Assembly: GCA_051294375.1 (NCBI GenBank)
Contig: CM119266.1
Location: 21,217,987-21,281,986 of the forward strand
Length of the DNA: 64,000 nt
Source: Paraspadella gotoi
Taxonomy: Eukaryota; Animalia; Chaetognatha
Direction of reading: 5' to 3'
In this document: positions 12,104 through 25,781 of the stretch, in pieces
Numbering within the stretch: the stretch's first letter is position 1
Layout: each line of letters begins with the position of its first letter
Position numbers and translations under genes: made by a program
The notes under the pieces: generated by a model
The model's database searches: none
What the model saw: the letters and a program-made list of their open reading frames with translations, nothing else
What the model was told of the DNA's origin: nothing

Positions 12104-14514
12104 ATATGACGCGATGTACAGTCTCGTAGAAAAAACTATGCAGTTAAAAAAAAAATTTCAGTATTGATTTTTTCATTTTTTATTGTTTCTCATCCGAGGG
12201 CATTACTCCCTGAATGTTATGTAGAAAAATTAATGCAAAATCTCTTAAAGCTCTCAAGATACAGTTAAATACATAAATGCTGACAGAATTCAAACTAAAA
12301 AGAAGATTGGTTTATTCTTTAACATGTGAACAACATAACTCTTAAAAAACAATGCAATCGGAATCTCCTCTGTTTAAGCTGTCGTTTGATATCAAAAACT
12401 TCAAACATTTGTCTGTCCATATGTCTGTCTGTCCATCCTTTCTCCAGTACCTTTAAAGTCTTATTACTTATGTTTGGATGAATCAATTGAGTTGAAATTT
12501 TGTCTGTGATTAAAAAACTAGTTCATTGAGCTGAAATTTAAGTTTCAATAGAATCAAGCTAGTAGAAGTAGGTTTTAATAAAAAAAGTAAAGATCATTTT
12601 TAATTTATTAATTTAATTTGTATTTTTTAATATTATTTTTAGATGCGCCGAGATTAAGAGCCACGCAAGTCTATCAAAAACTTTTTTTATTTTCGTTATA
12701 TATGGTTAATTTTTATTTGACCTAAAGCTAAACTTCAATTTATATTTACTACAGTACCGGAAACCTAGAATGTCGTAAATCTGTACATGGGATAACTTTT
12801 CCATTTATAGGATAAATGGCTTTAGGATTTTATAGGACTTGCCTGGATGTCTGGCTATTGCCCATTTAAGCAATTTTTTCAAAAAATAATCTTAAACCAC
12901 TTAAAAATTGGGTCAAATTTTTTTAAAAAACTGCTTAGCTCTAATATATTTTAAATTTTTTTTCTTAAAATTTTGCTAACTTGTACTCAAGAGGGTTTGT
13001 AAACTTCTGTAGAAATATTGTTACTATCAAAAAGTTTTTTTCCATATTTATCAGTGCTAATATTTTAGATGGGTCATTTTTTCAATGATACATAACTTCC
13101 TATTTTGTGAATATTATGGTTTTAAATTTTAGTAATAGGTGGGCCTTGGTAGTCCTGCAATACATATATTTATTGATAAATCAACCACTTATTAATTATA
13201 TTCATATCCATAGTCTATGATCTGGATTGAAAATTAGAGCTCAGGATAAGTTTTTACCATAGAGTTCATTACTGTTGGTCACTTTGTTGTCCATACAGTT
13301 GCTGACTCTCTTTCTGTCTCTCTCTCTTTCTTCCTTAACCAGTGCGCGATTTCACTTTTCAGTCACATAAAATATCTTTCTTATCTGACGTCTCCTGGTT
13401 AGAAAAAAAAATATTTGTGATAGCCTCGAAGTGCAACCTTCGCATCTTAAACAACAATCAGATTCTCTCTCTCACTTTAGCTTTTGCTCTCTAGCTCTCA
13501 CTCTTTGCCTCACTCTCTCTATGTCGCTTTCTCTTGTTTCTGCATCAATTTCAGAACTTTTGCTCACTTACATTACATTACACACATTAAGTATTATATT
13601 AAAAGCAATGATTCATAAAAATTAATAGCAAATGATCACAATAACATAAGATAAGAAAAACTGTCCTCCAAATCCCTCTTGAATACTTATGGAAAACATA
13701 AAAGAAAAAAAAAGAAAAAACGAAAAAATTTAAAAAAAAACTTTTTCAGACCATGCTCACGAAGAATTATAATTTTGCATAAAAAATAAATAAATCAAAA
13801 AAATAAAAACATCAGATTGTGACAAAATTGATTGGGAAAAATCTGATTTTTTTCAAAATGCAAAATTATTTCTCAAGTTCCTTATTTATAATTCTCCATG
13901 AGACAAATGTTTTTTTCGAAAATTTAAATATTCAACTTTTTATTAATTAAAAATCATTTTAGTATACTAAATTTAAAATATTTTTATAAAAATTTATACC
14001 TAAAGTTCTAAGAAGATGCTTTTCCCAAAAATGTCTCTTAGATCTTTCTTAAAACGCCAAACAAGTCACAGCCACAAAATGAATACAAAAACTAGAAAAA
14101 AGCAATATTGTTTTGTCATTCTGATTTAGAGATATTTGGTTGATTGTTATGCCTTAAATTTCCTTTAAATGAAAAAATAATAAGTTTAAAAGATAGCTCT
14201 TGATCTCTAGTTGTAAATTGAGTTTGAATATAACTTTTTTTAATCAACAAGTTTAACCCAGATTAATTACAATGACGATGGTATGAAATTTTGTCACCGT
14301 TTTAAGCTACTTTTAGCCTGATTTTTTACATATTTTGATTATCTTTGGCATCTTACTGATTAAAAACAGTCATGGTAAAAAAAGCCTATGTTCTTTCGAA
14401 TATAAGGCATATGTTAGTAATCAGACAGAGTAAAAATTTTGGTCACAAGATAAAGAATTTTGCATGAGAAGAGCGTGAATAAAATTTTCCACGAGACTGT
14501 GCACCGCGACATAT
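12104..14514. mobile_element. Putative non-autonomous DNA transposon with ~30-bp imperfect terminal inverted repeats
   Basis: Left 12104-12133 atatgacgcgatgtacagtctcgtagaaaa versus the reverse complement of 14485-14514 atatgtcgcggtgcacagtctcgtggaaaa (26/30 identical). The interior is sharply AT-rich and CpG-poor relative to the flanks, with no transposase ORF. Confidence 0.7.
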
Positions 14515-14700
14515 AAATATTATAAAATAACTAAATATAATGCGTGACATAAATCGGAATACATCAACGATTCTGATTTATTATTTTCGATAGCATTCAT
14601 TCATGTCAATTTTTTTATACTATTTTGTACGACTCCAATTTAAAAGGGTCAGTTTGAGGATTTACTCTAATGGATCTCCCCCCCCCCCAAATTGTGCGAA

Positions 14701-14768
14701 GTCACGTGATTAGCGAGCCTCATCACGTGCGCTTTGGAGGTCACGGGATACAGGATCGTCACGTGACC
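14701..14768. promoter_or_regulatory. Cluster of CACGTG E-boxes (GTCACGTGAT, ATCACGTGC, GTCACGTGAC)
   Basis: Three CACGTG cores within 70 bp, two of them in the TCACGTGA (USF/TFE-type CLEAR) context. Function is inferred only. Confidence 0.4.
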
Positions 14769-15569
14769 GCGTAAACCGTCGAGGGGTCGGGAAGTTGCCC
14801 GAGAATTTTATGGCAAAGACTCGACTTTTTTGTTTTCATGAGATCNNNNNNNNNNNNNNNNNNNNNNNNNNNNNNNNNNNNNNNNNNNNNNNNNNNNNNN
14901 NNNNNNNNNNNNNNNNNNNNNNNNNNNNNNNNNNNNNNNNNNNNNNNNNNNNNNNNNNNNNNNNNNNNNNNNNNNNNNNNNNNNNNNNNNNNNNNNNNNN
15001 NNNNNNNNNNNNNNNNNNNNNNNNNNNNNNNNNNNNNNNNNNNNNNNNNNNNNNNNNNNNNNNTGAAAGAGGGGGTGGTAGAAAAGAATCGGAAAGGTGA
15101 AGGTAGGCGAAGAAGGAAGGTAAAGATGGGAATTTTGAAGAGATAGTATTGAAAATAGGCCCTAACTTCTCTTTTTAGTCCCTTCAATTCTAACCTCGGG
15201 TTGATAATATTATATGCGTTTTATTTCGAATTCAACAAGGTTAATTCATTATATACTTGAGCATCAAACAAATCTAAGACTAAAGACAAAAAAAAGTTAA
15301 AGAATGAGTGAAAACTCCTTTTATAAACAAAACAAGGTGAAAGTATTTAATATTTTAATCATTAAAGAACAAGATTTTTCGAACTGTATGTAAATCTTAG
15401 AAATAAAATTCTTTTGACTCTGGCTCTCCAAATCCCAAAGCCACTCGCCCCTCAAGCCCCCCCCTCTCCAAAGCTTAAGGAAGACGCCTCTGAGCCCCGG
15501 CCCGAGCTACCTTCAGTGGCGGAAGATAAAAGGGGAAAATGTTGATTGAAAATTGATGGTGTCCTCGTT

Positions 15570-15667
<98 letters not shown>

Positions 15668-16294
15668 TAGTGAGGTTTACGGCGTCGACGAGGGAGTGAC
15701 GAAAAATCGAGGCTGAGGTTCGGTCGTGACGCCGCTAACGGCGTCGTTTTCCGGCGTCTGTGAGCGTCGTCGTTATCGTCGTCGGCGTCGCATCGGTCGT
15801 CGTCCGCCATGTTTCCCGCGATATCGTCGTTATAGTCGACGTCGTCGATTTTTAGTGGTCAGGGTTAAATTGTGATTGTTATTGGTTATTGGTCTGTGTT
15901 ATATCGAGGTCAATAGGAATTAAAAATTAGATTAACTGAGCCTTAAGAAGTTTAGATGTTGGACGAGAACGATCCAATCGCCAATTTGGTTAAAACCTCA
16001 AAAACCAACAGGAACCAATAACCAGTGATATAAGGCTAACCAACCTTCCCCTAACCACCTATCCTAACCACTATCCAACCACCTTCGTAAACGAATCCAA
16101 CTACCCGCGATCCTTCCATAAACTGGACTTTTTTTTGTTATTCCTTACGACCTTGCCCCGATATCCGCCGCACAAAACTTTGATGGACCAAAACAGAAAA
16201 GTGGGGAAACATTAAAAGAAGGATCTTCGACACTTCAAAACAGAAAAGGAAAGACCGTGAAGGTAAAAACTAGGAGGGGAACCTTTACGTCCTT

Positions 16295-16350
<56 letters not shown>

Positions 16351-16484
16351 CTTTCTCTCTCTCTCTTTCTCTCTCTCTCTTTCTCTTCCTCTCTCTTTTC
16401 TCTTTCCTCTCTCTCTCTCACTCTCTCTGTCTTTCTTTCTCTCTTTCTCTTCCTCTCTCTCTCCTCTCTCTCTCTCTTTCTCCT

Positions 16485-16534
<50 letters not shown>

Positions 16535-18495
16535 TTTCTCTCTCTCCCGGTTACCCCTGCTCACTCTCAAACTTTCACTCGCTCTCGCTTTCAAAACATC
16601 ACGTCCTTCTTTCATCGTGTTGGGCGATGATAAGATCCATAGACTCCCTTTCCCGCTCCCATCAAAATTTCCAGGAGTCACGTTTTACTTAACTCGTCAA
16701 ATATATTATACTCATATAAAATAATTTTGTAACTTTTTAATAAATATTATTTTTTTATACATGCAAAATAAGAGTTTATAAATACTCGGTTTTTTTTTCA
16801 TTAAGTAATCGTAAATAAAATAAAAATTGTTTTTCTTTCTAAATCTAAAAATGTAACAAAAAGAAAGTTCAAAACAATGTAGGAAAAATAATTTTACTTT
16901 TAAATAATTCATAATTTTTTTTGTATATTACAATGATAAATTTCAATATTAAAATATATTATAATATAAAATTATATATAAAATAAATTCTTATTTTTTT
17001 TCAATATTTTGAATATTTTGAATATTGAGAATTTTGAATATTGAGAAATCGCGACCCCCGATCCGATCGTTTATCGTCAAAATGGTTCACCTATCTAATA
17101 CACTGTATCCATGACACGAGCTCATAAGACATCATTTCACCTCGACGCTACGAGATTGCAGTTGGGAGGGGGGCGGGGGATCCCCACTACGGTTTGAAAG
17201 ATATAGCGATAAACTCACAGGCTTCAATGTAAACGCTCGTAATGTCGTAATGATTATTGGTTAAACATTTTTGTAACCAGAGTCAAATGATTTAAAAATA
17301 ACTATAAATCGTAACAAGTTATCTATTCATATCCCCAAAACTAAAAACAATCTCAAACATTACATTTTACTAGTTTGTCTAAAACCCTCAACCCTCGCCC
17401 ATTCTCGCCAGCCCCGACTCCAAATGGAGATCGTACGCGGGTGCGAGGTGATCATTCCTTTTCAAAACTGCGCGCCACCTCTAGGAGGAAATGACGACGA
17501 CGACGATGATCGGGAGCGAAATACGCATGCGCGAAAACCATCAAAACGTATCACGGCCCATCAAGGGTGAAGGGGGGGAGAGAGGGTGGGGTGAGGTTGA
17601 GAGGCTGAGAGGAGTTGAGGAGTTGAGGACTAGAGATTTTTTTAAAACAAGTTTATTATAAATATTTTAAGATGTATAGCCGACGTTATTAATTTTTGAA
17701 CGCATTGTTCCTAACTGAAAAAAAAATCAAATAATCAAAACTTAGATTGTAATACAAGGTGGTATATTTACTTATATATTTTCTGGATTGAATACAAAAA
17801 TTATTTTTATATATTACTTAAGCTTTTAGATATATCTAATTTTTGTATACAATAAATAAATAAATAAATCAGTAATTCCCTGAAAGAATGAATGAGGTCT
17901 TCAACTCTGGTTAATTTAAAGAAAAAACAGAGGCAAACAATTTGAGGATGAGGTCAAACGGTGACGGGACGAGGCTTTCACGGAGATGAAGAGAGGCTGT
18001 CAAGACGAGGCCGAAAGGGGGCGTGACCGATTCTGCGCCCAGAGGTCAAAGCGTCACAAAAACTCGAGACGGAGAGGAACAGGACAACAGACGGTGACGC
18101 TTCCAACAGATGCGTCACGAGTTAATTACATTTGCTTTAGCCTTTCGCAATATTTTATGACGATGCGTCACTTAGGGCTTTTCACAAATTTAAGAAAATG
18201 AACGCTATTAAAAATCAAATAATTCCATAGGATTCATGCACATTGCAAATGCTGTAAGTAAAGCAGAATGATTCACGTTAAAAAAAAACTGAGAGTCTTT
18301 TTAAAATTTTCTTATCCTTGATGTGTTTTCGCAAATATCGAGACAACACCTCAGAAATCCCAGCCTCTCTAATCTCTATTTCCGCAAAACCCCATCGGAG
18401 AAAAAAAAGAAAGCTAATGACCATCAACAAACCGAGAAGCCGATGTTGCAATAGAAACTTGGTCATAGGTAGTTCATCTCCTCCTTTCCCTCTCT

Positions 18496-18587
<92 letters not shown>

Positions 18588-19126
18588 ATCCGTTTTCTCC
18601 ACTTTAGCACCTCTGATGGACGTTTGGACCCCGCGAGTGACAAAAGCCAACGAAAAAAGGGGAAGTTTGAAGATTGAAAAATTGAAAGGCATAAAATAAA
18701 ACGACGCCAACGAGAAAATAACCTAAAGGTGTAGATTTTTTTTTCTCGCGGGAAAGTAAATTACAAAATAAACGAGACATCTATTTAAAGTATTTCATTT
18801 CACATAATGATTATCATTATTAGAAAGGTTAACATTGGGGCTTTTTTTTTTGTGTGAGAGAAAAAAAACATAATTCAGTTGTCGTCAAGCGAAACTTTTT
18901 TTTGAGGAATAAACGAGACAAACTCAAAAGAGAAAAATGAAAGAAAAATAGGAAAAAGAAAAAAAAATGGTTTAAAAAAAAAAGGAAAAAAGAGGGAAGA
19001 TGGGAGGAAAGGAAATGAATCGAAGTTAATCTAAATGACGAGTTTGAAATGTATGGCTTTCTTCGCGACAGCGGGTCAGAAGTTTAGACTTGCTACGGAG
19101 ATGAGGAAGAGCAGGAGAGAAGGGAT

Positions 19127-19231
<105 letters not shown>

Positions 19232-19988
19232 AGAATAAGGGGGAGAGATATAAGAAGAGGCAGAATGAAACAGAGAGATGTACATCTCAAGAGAGAGCGA
19301 AGGTAGGAGGCGACGTCCGTTTAAAACGCTTTTCTTTCTGCGCGCTACGCCGCATCGAAACCCCGACGCCTCGCCTCCTCGAGGTGGCAGCACATTTCAA
19401 AGTAAACAAAAGGCGCGGGAAAGATGGACGCTTGTTGAGGAAGGGGGATGGTGGCGAATAATGAAGCAAGGCGTGGGCAATAAAGGTATGGGTAAGTTTG
19501 GGCGATGTGACGAGCGAAAATCCCAAACAAATGAACACATTAATTTTAAAACTATTTTATTTTAAAAATCGATTATTGGAAAATCATTTCGTTAGATTTT
19601 TTAACCAAAAATTTAGAAATAAGAGGGGAGGTGGAGAATGAAGAACACAATTCGTTAAATAATTTTAAAGGTTTTAAAAGATACTATTACTGATACAACA
19701 ATTAAAATGAAACATACGTGACTTAACTTAACTCTTCATTAGAAAAATAAAATAAATTAAATCGTTAGATTGTATAAGAGACTTGAGTTAGGATAAATAC
19801 TTCAAAATCTTGTAGTTATTCTAGATTGATAAATATCTCAGTTAATAAAATTTGATATAATAACATATTAAAAAGAAAAGCATAGTATAAAATATATTCT
19901 CAACTTATTTATTTCTTCCGAACTCTCTTTCGCTCTTTCTCTCTGGCCCGGACATTTTTTATGGCACCGAATCCGTTTTTGGCGGCTG

Positions 19989-20099
<111 letters not shown>

Positions 20100-20226
20100 G
20101 GGCCCCGCTTTTAGTCAATCCTTTCCACCAGATTAATGGTTTTCTCTTCAAATGATACTTAGAAAGCGAAAAGAGAGAAGGAATATATGTACGTTGGCTG
20201 TGATGTGTTTCGTAGGGGTATGGTTG

Positions 20227-20291
<65 letters not shown>

Positions 20292-20685
20292 AGAGAGAGG
20301 AGAGAGAGAGGAGGTGAGAGGACACGTGGTCGGTCTGTGAAAGGGTAAAGGAATTAATGGGTAAATGAAGAAGAAAAAGTTGTGAGACCAGACACTCACG
20401 CGCACTCTTCAGCGAAACTGTGGACCACATTTATAATGATTAAATTAATAATATTAGAAAATTTAGATGAAGCGCTTTTTTTGTCAACCCACCAACGACG
20501 GGTTGAATGGATAACGAATGCGGTACGTGGTGGTCCCTCGCTGTCCCGTAATCCATTTCGTACGGACAAAAATCCATGAGTTCGGACGCGGGTCGAGCGT
20601 GCGAGACCGATTCGGTCTGTCCGGGCTCATTCAGGATATTTGCAATTAATGACTTCCAAGACCGAAAAAGATGAAGAGAGAGAAG

Positions 20686-20731
<46 letters not shown>

Positions 20732-20856
20732 AAGAGGAGGAGGAAATGAATTGATCATGATTACCATCAAACTTGGCCACTGGTTGATACATGCCTCGCG
20801 AATGGAGGAAAGGAGAGGAAATCGGGAGGAAAAATGAAAGAGAAAGGAAAGAAAGG

Positions 20857-21200
20857 AAGAGATGGATTAGAGGAAAAGGAAAGAGAAAGAAAAGAGATTA
20901 AGAGAAGGATTAGAGGAAAAGGAAGGAGAAAGGAAAGAGAAGAAGAAATAGATTAGAGGAAAAGGAAAGAGAAAGAAAAGAGACTAAGAGATGGATGAGA
21001 AAAAATGGAAAGAGAAAGAAAAGAGAGGAAGAGATGGATTAGAGGAAAAGAAAAAAAAGAAAAGAGAGGAAGAGATGGATTCGAGGAAAAAGGAAAGAGA
21101 AAGAAAAGAGACGAGGAGATGGATTAGAGGAAAAAGAAAAGAGAAAGAAAAGAGACTAAGAGATGGATTAGAGGAAAAAGGAAAGAGAAAGAAAAGGGAC
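20857..21200. repeat. ~40-45-bp purine-rich minisatellite
   Basis: Recurrent gagatggattagaggaaaaggaaagagaaagaaaaga units. Confidence 0.85.
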
Positions 21201-21703
21201 GAATAGGAAAAGAGGAAAAGATCTCAAACTTGAATGAGGAAGAAGAATGTGAAGTGAGAGACGTTGATTAACCGGTTCGAGTCGTTGTACAAAGTCGGTC
21301 TTACATTCACGTGAAATGACAAGCGTGAACCGAGTTCAGATTTTTCACGCGTCGTGAAACAGTTTTCAGAGTTGACTTTATTTAATAAATTAATTTTACA
21401 AAACGATATACTGTTATATTTTTATTCTTATCACCATCATTTTCGCTTTCACGTCATCCTTGAAAATTCTTTCTTTTCGTCACAAGTGACTCACCCTTAA
21501 CTTTCCCGCTCTTACCCCAATTCCTCACCATCTCCCTTCAACAGAAAAAAAAACCGGGTTTTCCATTTCGTTTCTGAGAGACGAAACCTCGGAGACTCAA
21601 CTCACCTAAATCCTATTGGAATAATGATATGGGATTTCCTGAGGGAGAAATAAAGTTTAAAAGTGTAATGATGTCACTTTCGCGAAGGCAACGTTTGCAG
21701 GAA

Positions 21704-21755
<52 letters not shown>

Positions 21756-22060
21756 GACAAAGACTTTTGGGGCGAAATCGCTAATGACGCCGGCGACGAA
21801 GAGAAGACCCATTTACGCTTTCAAAATTGGACTTTACATTAAATAAAAGGAAATGGGGGGAAATGACTATTTATATGTAAAATTTGCAAATAATAGGCTG
21901 GGTATTTTTTTAACGTTTTCAAAATTATATCTACTTTAAAGTTTCTCAGTATTGATTCATGACAGTTCCAATTTGGTTTCCACTAGTTTGTTTTTGTTTT
22001 TTTGCTCCGAAACAAAGCGAACGTTGACCAAGATCGAGATAATAACGAAACACATTAGAA

Positions 22061-22117
<57 letters not shown>

Positions 22118-22473
22118 ATACGACGACGACGACGACGACAATTGAGAAGAATAAAAAGCAACAACAACAGAAAAAAAAATCGTTTCCGATGTCGGAAGAA
22201 GAAATCATTAGCGATTTGCAAAAGACTCCCCGGAATCCATCAGCTGCGGCAGCGGCCGCGGCAGCGAATGCCGCCCCGTCATCAAATACAGCATCATTAT
22301 CACGGGCCGCAGCATCAAATTCTGATTCGTCATTGAATCATTGTTACATAATGCAAATAACATCACTTGTAACAAGGTTGATCGAATGTACCCCCAATTT
22401 CAATTTAAACTCATCTAATGATAACTTTTATCCATTAAAGCTCGATTATTATCTGTCTGTCTCTGTCTGTCTC

Positions 22474-22579
<106 letters not shown>

Positions 22580-23619
22580 CTCTCTCCCCTCCCTCGCTTC
22601 CTTCCCTCTTCCTTCTTCTTTCTCTGGAAAAGATATATTGGGAACTCAGAAAATGTAGCTGAAAATCACTCGGCTCGCATGACTTCTCACTATTGGTTGA
22701 AAAGAGTTGAACAAAGTGCTATAAAGTTTTTATTCTAAACGTTAAATGTTTGTTACTTCATCTGAAAATGAACATCAGTACTCAGCTGAAAAACTTCTTA
22801 CAATACTAGATAGAAGCAATGTACTCATTCGCCCTAAAAAATTCCTTGTTCCGATCGAACCGTAGTGGATTCTCTGATGGGACTTTTGGTCTTCCTTCCT
22901 CTCCCTCGCCTACTCCGCCCCCCCCTGCTCCCCCCCTTCTCGCCACCCAATGGCCACGCCTCTGGTCATTACGTTCTCTTCCGCCGCCATCATCATCACT
23001 GTCGTCGTCGTCGTCGTCGCCGCCATTACCTGGTATCGGTCTTTGATGTTGCACCATAAACGCTGGGTTTTTGAGTTTGGCTTCGAAAGCTCAAGCCAAA
23101 TATACAGTAGTGATGCAGTGATACCGCAAATGAGTATTTTGTAGTTTTCACTATTTTAGTTTGTAGTTGCTGTACTAAATGTAGTAACCTGCAACACAGA
23201 TACTATTATGTACGTAGACTTGTATGTATTATTTATACATATCCTAAACCGTAGTCATTTTCGATAAATTCTTTTCCCCTGTATTCAAATGACCCCGCGC
23301 CCAAAGTCGTCTTCGCCTTTCTGCCTGGTGTCCACTCCCCAAGCGCCCTTGCGAGCAAAGTCCGCTGCGCCGTCGAGGAAAAATGCGTATCTGCAACTAC
23401 CCCTGATGCGGATTCTGCGAGAATGTGACGGCAGGGCTGCGCGGCGCCAGGAAAATCGGATCCGAACGGCGCCGTGGCGTAAGTCGAACGAGAAACTGCT
23501 CCATGTCGGGTCGAGAGAGTTGGGCCGGCGATCGCGGGCGTCTTGCCGCGAGTCCGTGATGACCTTCGGGGACGAAAATCCCCGTCCGCGACGATTAGGC
23601 CTTTGAAATAAAGGAAGGG

Positions 23620-23708
23620 TGCAGTGAATAAAGGGTGGCTGCTGTGAATCAAGGGAGAGTGCTGTGAATAAAGGGAGGGTGCTGTGGATAAAGGGTTGTG
23701 CTGTGGGT
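23620..23708. repeat. ~21-bp tandem repeat, ~4 copies
   Basis: Units gtgctgtgaataaagggagg. Confidence 0.75.
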
Positions 23709-24256
23709 GCCTGATACGGAGAAAGGTATGTAGGTGCTGGATGAGATGAAACTGAGAAATTAGTTTAAAATTGTTTTTAACAATAAAATAATAATTCATT
23801 TAAACGTGTGGTTTTATTTAAGTATATAAGTAGACAGGGATTTCAATATGAAACCGGTATGGATTTTATTTCTCAGAAAAGACGATGTCCATTTTAGGGA
23901 GTTTTTTTTTCCGGTTTCAAAAATATATAAATATATATAATATATATTATTTTATCAAACATTTTCCTCACACTTTTACTATGGAAATAAAATACACCGT
24001 CGGTTCCTATCTTCTCTTTTACCGATTCTGTCGCCGCTTCAACCGCCAACGCCGCCTCGCCCATCGACGTCAAAGCCATTACCGACGACGCCGCCGCCGC
24101 CGCCGCAGCAACCGCCCCCTTCAAAATTGATGTTTCATCTTCGTTAACTCGGCCCACATGGAAGCCGATTCGTCTTAATCGCATCCGAATTTGCTTTTAT
24201 ATCGATTCGATGGTGCATGGTGCAAATCCTATGTGGAGGCTATATATTTTCAAAAG

Positions 24257-24295
<39 letters not shown>

Positions 24296-24545
24296 TTCTT
24301 ATTTCTTTCTTTTTCTTTCCTCTTCTTTCTTTCTTTCTTTCTCTTTCTCTCCCCTCTCTCTCTCTCTCTCACACCTCCACGTTCCTTTTCACCTTCCCCC
24401 TTACTTCCTCTTTCGCCATTATCTCTCTCTCTATATCCCATGTTCTGTCACCTGCTCTCCTCCCGCTCTCTTCCTCTCCTTCCCCGCCGCCCCCCAAGAA
24501 CTCTCTCTCTCTCTCTCTTCTCGTCTTTCTTCTCTCTCTCCTCTC

Positions 24546-24601
<56 letters not shown>

Positions 24602-25747
24602 CGTCTGTCTCCTCTCTCTCTCCCCTCATCTCTCTCTCATCTCATTATCAAGTTGATGATTTCCGCTTTCTAGTCTTCGCCGTCATCGATCTCTTTGGGA
24701 GAGACCAAAGCAATAAAACTTTCTTCTCATCAATCAATTGGCTGCAGCTTAATTTACCTTTAGGGGCCGAAGGAATTGTACTTGTGTGTGCCAAACCCTG
24801 GCGGCGAAGATGCTCCCACTTTTTCCCGCTTCTTCTTTTCTTTCTTTCGTATCATCTTTTTTTTTGTTGGTTCCTTTTAAATTTCGCAAGTCAGAGGGAA
24901 TAATATATCATTAAAAACAGGAACCTATGCCAAGAAAGAAATTAAATAGTTCCTTGAGAGACCTCCTCATTAGTTATATTATTATAATAAATTGTTTGCT
25001 CTTCATTAGTGAATTTGTTTTTTCTTCGCTTACGTTTTTCAAATAATTTCACATTTAAATTCCCGCCTCTTGAGAATGGTACAGTACTTTGCCCTTCTCT
25101 CTCCCCTCCTACCCTTTTTTCTCTGCGTTTTGTTAATACAACTCAAAACTAATCCTCGGGTGATCCCTCGTGACCAACAATCCTTCCTCTCGCAACGACT
25201 CATCAAGCTCTCAAGCAATCCGGTCTGTTCCCCCTCTCTCTCTCTCTTCCCTGTCGTCCTCCCTTCCGCGGTTTCTTACATCCCTTTCCCAATCTGAAGA
25301 ATTTGGACATACCTCCTGCTCTCCGTCCTCTCCTTCTCAACACGAGATCGAGCTTCCTTTCCCTTAATTACCCTCCATTCCTCCCCCCCTCTCTATCCCT
25401 CCCCTCTTCCCGTATCTCTTTGCTCTCTCTCGCCCACTCTCTGCTCTCTCGATCACTTTTCCAAAATCATTTTATTGTCATTTTTGTTCGGAATTAAAAA
25501 ACGACTTCTTGGGCTGCCTAGTCCCCTCATTTTTTTTTTTTTTTTCTTTTTTTTTCTTCCTTGCCGGAGGCTGATGATGTCTTTTTTTCCTTTTTTTTTT
25601 TCTTCCTCATTTTCCCCCTTTATTTATGGTAGACTAATGAATTACTGTCTTTCGTGTTACGAAGAACGAAAACCACCCAAAAGAAAAAAAATTAGAACTG
25701 AAAACATTTTTGGTCTACGTACAGTTTTGAATTTTTTTTTTGCAGTT

Positions 25748-25781
<34 letters not shown>

